From positions 1 to 24,254 of IMG/VR virus record IMGVR_UViG_2734482781_000007: DNA of 24,254 bases; one strand, 5' to 3'. The DNA is from a virus. Lineage: Duplodnaviria > Heunggongvirae > Uroviricota > Caudoviricetes. The position numbers were made by a program, and so were the translations under genes. The notes under the pieces are model-generated. The model was given only the letters and a program-made list of their open reading frames with translations. It made no database searches and had not been told where the DNA came from. Shown here in pieces: positions 21,681 to 24,254 of this stretch; within the stretch, counting starts at the first letter, position 1, and every line of letters begins with the position of its first letter.

Positions 21681-22577
21681 ATGCCCGCCGTTGACCTTTC
21701 CCAGTTACCGGAACCCGCCATCATCGCGGAGCCTGACTTTGAAGCAATTCTGGCTGACACAAAGGCCATGATGATTGCGTCCTATCCTGCCGAACAGCGT
21801 GAAGCCGTCTCCGCCGCGCTGGAGCTGGAATCGGAACCCCTGAACGTTATCGCTCAAACCATGTCTTTTCGTGAAATGCTGTTACGCCAGCGGGTCAATG
21901 AGGGTGCACGCGCCTGCATGCTAAGCCACAGCGCCGGGACAGACCTGGACAACCTCGCGGGCAATATGAACACAAAGCGCCTGGTTATCACTCCGGCAAC
22001 GGATACCACCGACGCGGTGATGGAGAGCGACTCCTCGCTGAGACTGCGGGCGCAACGGGCGTATGACGGTCTGAGTGTTGCTGGCCCGTCAGGCGCATAC
22101 GAGTATTTTGCACGCAGCGCCAGCGGTCTGGTACGCGACGCGCGAGCCATCAGCCCGTCTCCGGCCAACGTGACGGTTTCCATCCTGTCCACTGAAGGCG
22201 ACGGCACAGCAACGGAGGCGTTGCTTAATACCGTTCGCGCCGTTCTGAATGCAGAGGATACCCGCCCGGTGGCCGACCGCCTGACGGTACAGAGCGCCAG
22301 AATCGTGACATGGCGGCTGAATGCAAAACTGTACTTTTACCCCGGCCCGGAATCCGAACCTATTCTGGCTGCGGCGGAATCGTCATTCAGGAAGTGGCTG
22401 GCTGAGCAGGGGCTTATCGGTCAGGACGTGGCGTTGTCCGCCATTGCTGCCGCACTTCATGTGCACGGCGTGCAACGCGTGGAGATAACCGAACCCACAC
22501 AGAATATGGCCATCAGCGACATACAGGCGGCGCGCTGTGAGTCATTCACCATCAGCGAAGGTGGGCGCAATGAGTAA
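21681..22577 (+). CDS. J: Baseplate assembly protein gpJ
   Basis: 298-aa ORF, size and position of P2 J; stop overlaps the I start. Confidence 0.8.
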   Translation: MPAVDLSQLPEPAIIAEPDFEAILADTKAMMIASYPAEQREAVSAALELESEPLNVIAQTMSFREMLLRQRVNEGARACMLSHSAGTDLDNLAGNMNTKRLVITPATDTTDAVMESDSSLRLRAQRAYDGLSVAGPSGAYEYFARSASGLVRDARAISPSPANVTVSILSTEGDGTATEALLNTVRAVLNAEDTRPVADRLTVQSARIVTWRLNAKLYFYPGPESEPILAAAESSFRKWLAEQGLIGQDVALSAIAAALHVHGVQRVEITEPTQNMAISDIQAARCESFTISEGGRNE

Positions 22578-23100
22578 TTCGTTGTTACCACCATCAGCCA
22601 GCAATTTCATGCGTTGTGCCGAAGCCGTCGGAACACGCATTACAGACATTCCGGTAGACCTCAACACGTTGTGGTCGCCGGACACCTGCCCGGTGCATCT
22701 GCTGCCTTATCTCGCCTGGGCATTTTCCGTTGACCGCTGGGATCGCAACTGGCCGGAAGAGACAAAGCGACAAGTGATTCGTGATGCATGGCTGATACAC
22801 CGACACAAAGGGACCATCAGCGCACTGCGCCGGGCCATTGAGCCGCTGGGATACCTCATTCGTGTGTCTGAGTGGTGGGAGTTCGGCGGAGAACCGGGAA
22901 CATTTACCGTTGAAGTCGGCACGCTGGACAGTGGTGTGACCGAGGAAATGTATCTGGAAATGGAGCGGTTGATTGCTGATGCCCGCCCGGTCAGCCGCCA
23001 CATGACAGGGCTGAATATCATTCAGGAGATTCAGGGAGATATTTTCGCGGCGGCAGCAACTTACGACGGCGAAGTCATTACCATTTATCCGGACGATTAA
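22570..23100 (+). CDS. I: Baseplate/tail protein gpI
   Basis: Start taken at ATG 22570 (176 aa, matching P2 I length as recalled); an upstream in-frame ATG at 22537 is the ORF-track start. Confidence 0.75.
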   Translation: MSNSLLPPSASNFMRCAEAVGTRITDIPVDLNTLWSPDTCPVHLLPYLAWAFSVDRWDRNWPEETKRQVIRDAWLIHRHKGTISALRRAIEPLGYLIRVSEWWEFGGEPGTFTVEVGTLDSGVTEEMYLEMERLIADARPVSRHMTGLNIIQEIQGDIFAAAATYDGEVITIYPDD

Positions 23101-23102
23101 GC

Positions 23103-24254
23103 ATGAGTACCACAACACGTAAATTTAAAACCGTTATCACCGATACGGGTGCCAAAAAATTAGCTCAGGCAGCCGCGCCAGATGGTAAGCCTGTCCGCCT
23201 GACTCATATGGCCGTGGGCGACGGTGGCGGTACATTGCCCACACCAGACAGTAAGCAGCCCCGTCTGGTGCATGAGGTGTGGCGACATACTGTTAATCGC
23301 GTCATCCTGGACGCAACACATCAGAACCGCATTATTGCGGAGCTGGTTATTCCTCCTGAAACGGGCGGATTCTGGATCCGGGAAATTGGTGTATTTGATG
23401 AGCACGGCGATTTAATCGCGGTGGGCAATACTGCCGAAAGTTACAAACCAACCGTTGCCGAAGGGTCCGGACGTGCACAAACATTCCGCACCATTCTGAC
23501 CGTATCCAGCACTGCCACCGTGGCGCTTACCGTGGATAACACCATGGTGATGGCCACAGTGGATTACGTGGATGACAAACTGAAAGAGCATGAACAGTCA
23601 CGACGTCACCCGGATGCCTCGCTGACCGCAAAAGGCTTTGTTCAACTCAGTATCGCCACTAACAGCGATTCTGAAACGCTGGCCGCAACGCCGAAAGCGG
23701 TTAAGGCCGCGTATGACCTGGCTAACGGAAAATATACCGCTCAGGACGCCACGACGGCACGAAAAGGGATAGTCCAGCTCAGCAGTGCAACCAACAGCAC
23801 GTCTGAAACGCTGGCAGCGACACCAAAAGCGGTTAAGGCGGTAATGGATGAAACGAACAAGAAAGCCCCATTAAACAGCCCGGCACTGACCGGAACGCCA
23901 ACAACACCAACTGCACGACAGGGAACGAATAATACCCAAATCGCAAGCACGGCTTTCGTTATGGCCGCGATTGCCGCACTTGTAGATTCGTCACCTGACG
24001 CACTGAACACGCTGAACGAGCTGGCGGCGGCGCTGGGCAACGACCCGAATTTTGCGACCACCATGACTAACGCGCTTGCGGGTAAGCAACCGAAAGATGC
24101 CACCCTGACGGCGCTGGCCGGGCTTGCTACTGCGGCAGACAGCTTTCCGTATTTTACGGGGAATGATGTCGCCAGCCTGGCAACCCTGACAAAAGTCGGG
24201 CGGGATATTCTTGCGAAATCGACCGTTGCCGCTGTTATCGAATACCTCGGTTTA
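23103..24254 (+). CDS. H: Tail fibre protein gpH, N-terminal part (runs off the window end)
   Basis: Open frame from ATG 23103 to the last base (384 codons, no stop); N-terminus MSTTTRKFKTVITDTGAKKLAQAAAPDGKPVRLTHMAVGDGGG is typical of P2-type tail fibres; tandem repeat ...SETLAATPKAVKA... occurs twice. Confidence 0.8.
   Translation, partial: MSTTTRKFKTVITDTGAKKLAQAAAPDGKPVRLTHMAVGDGGGTLPTPDSKQPRLVHEVWRHTVNRVILDATHQNRIIAELVIPPETGGFWIREIGVFDEHGDLIAVGNTAESYKPTVAEGSGRAQTFRTILTVSSTATVALTVDNTMVMATVDYVDDKLKEHEQSRRHPDASLTAKGFVQLSIATNSDSETLAATPKAVKAAYDLANGKYTAQDATTARKGIVQLSSATNSTSETLAATPKAVKAVMDETNKKAPLNSPALTGTPTTPTARQGTNNTQIASTAFVMAAIAALVDSSPDALNTLNELAAALGNDPNFATTMTNALAGKQPKDATLTALAGLATAADSFPYFTGNDVASLATLTKVGRDILAKSTVAAVIEYLGL

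Larger units (their letters stand above)
1..24254. mobile_element. P2-like prophage, left arm (int to 5' part of tail fibre gene H); attL expected just left of position 1
   Basis: Gene order int-C-cox-early ORFs-A-[accessory]-Q-P-O-N-M-L-X-lysis-R-S-V-W-J-I-H with the strand pattern of phage P2; protein-level resemblance of many ORFs to P2 gene products as recalled. Confidence 0.9.

Noticed and set aside
1-24254. Insertion sequence or transposon inside the prophage
   Set aside because: No transposase-like ORF or terminal inverted repeats flanking the AT-rich cargo were seen; the cargo is bounded by hairpins rather than IS ends.

Overview
The whole window is the left arm of an integrated P2-like (Peduovirus-type) prophage in an enterobacterial-type background, read in the standard P2 map orientation. 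Position 1 is the stop codon of the integrase, so attL lies just outside the window. Order: int and C repressor (minus strand), then a rightward early operon (cox-like gene, an expanded set of small ORFs, an SPFH/band-7 lipoprotein paired with a small membrane protein, and the HUH rolling-circle initiator gpA), then an accessory locus between A and the cos region (where P2 carries tin/old), then late genes Q and P (minus) and O N M L X, holin, M15 endolysin, LysB/LysC spanins, R S V W J I and the 5' part of tail fibre H (plus), running off the window end. The accessory locus holds a plasmid-type ParM/ParR actin-like partition cassette with paired palindromes upstream, and a visibly AT-richer single gene for a membrane-anchored protein preceded by a mini-ORF and an intrinsic-terminator-like hairpin; this gene is the best candidate for an undescribed hotspot cargo such as phage defence. 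All calls come from reading the sequence and the ORF translations and from remembered family motifs and P2 gene order; no database search was run, and lengths of P2 reference proteins are recalled from memory.
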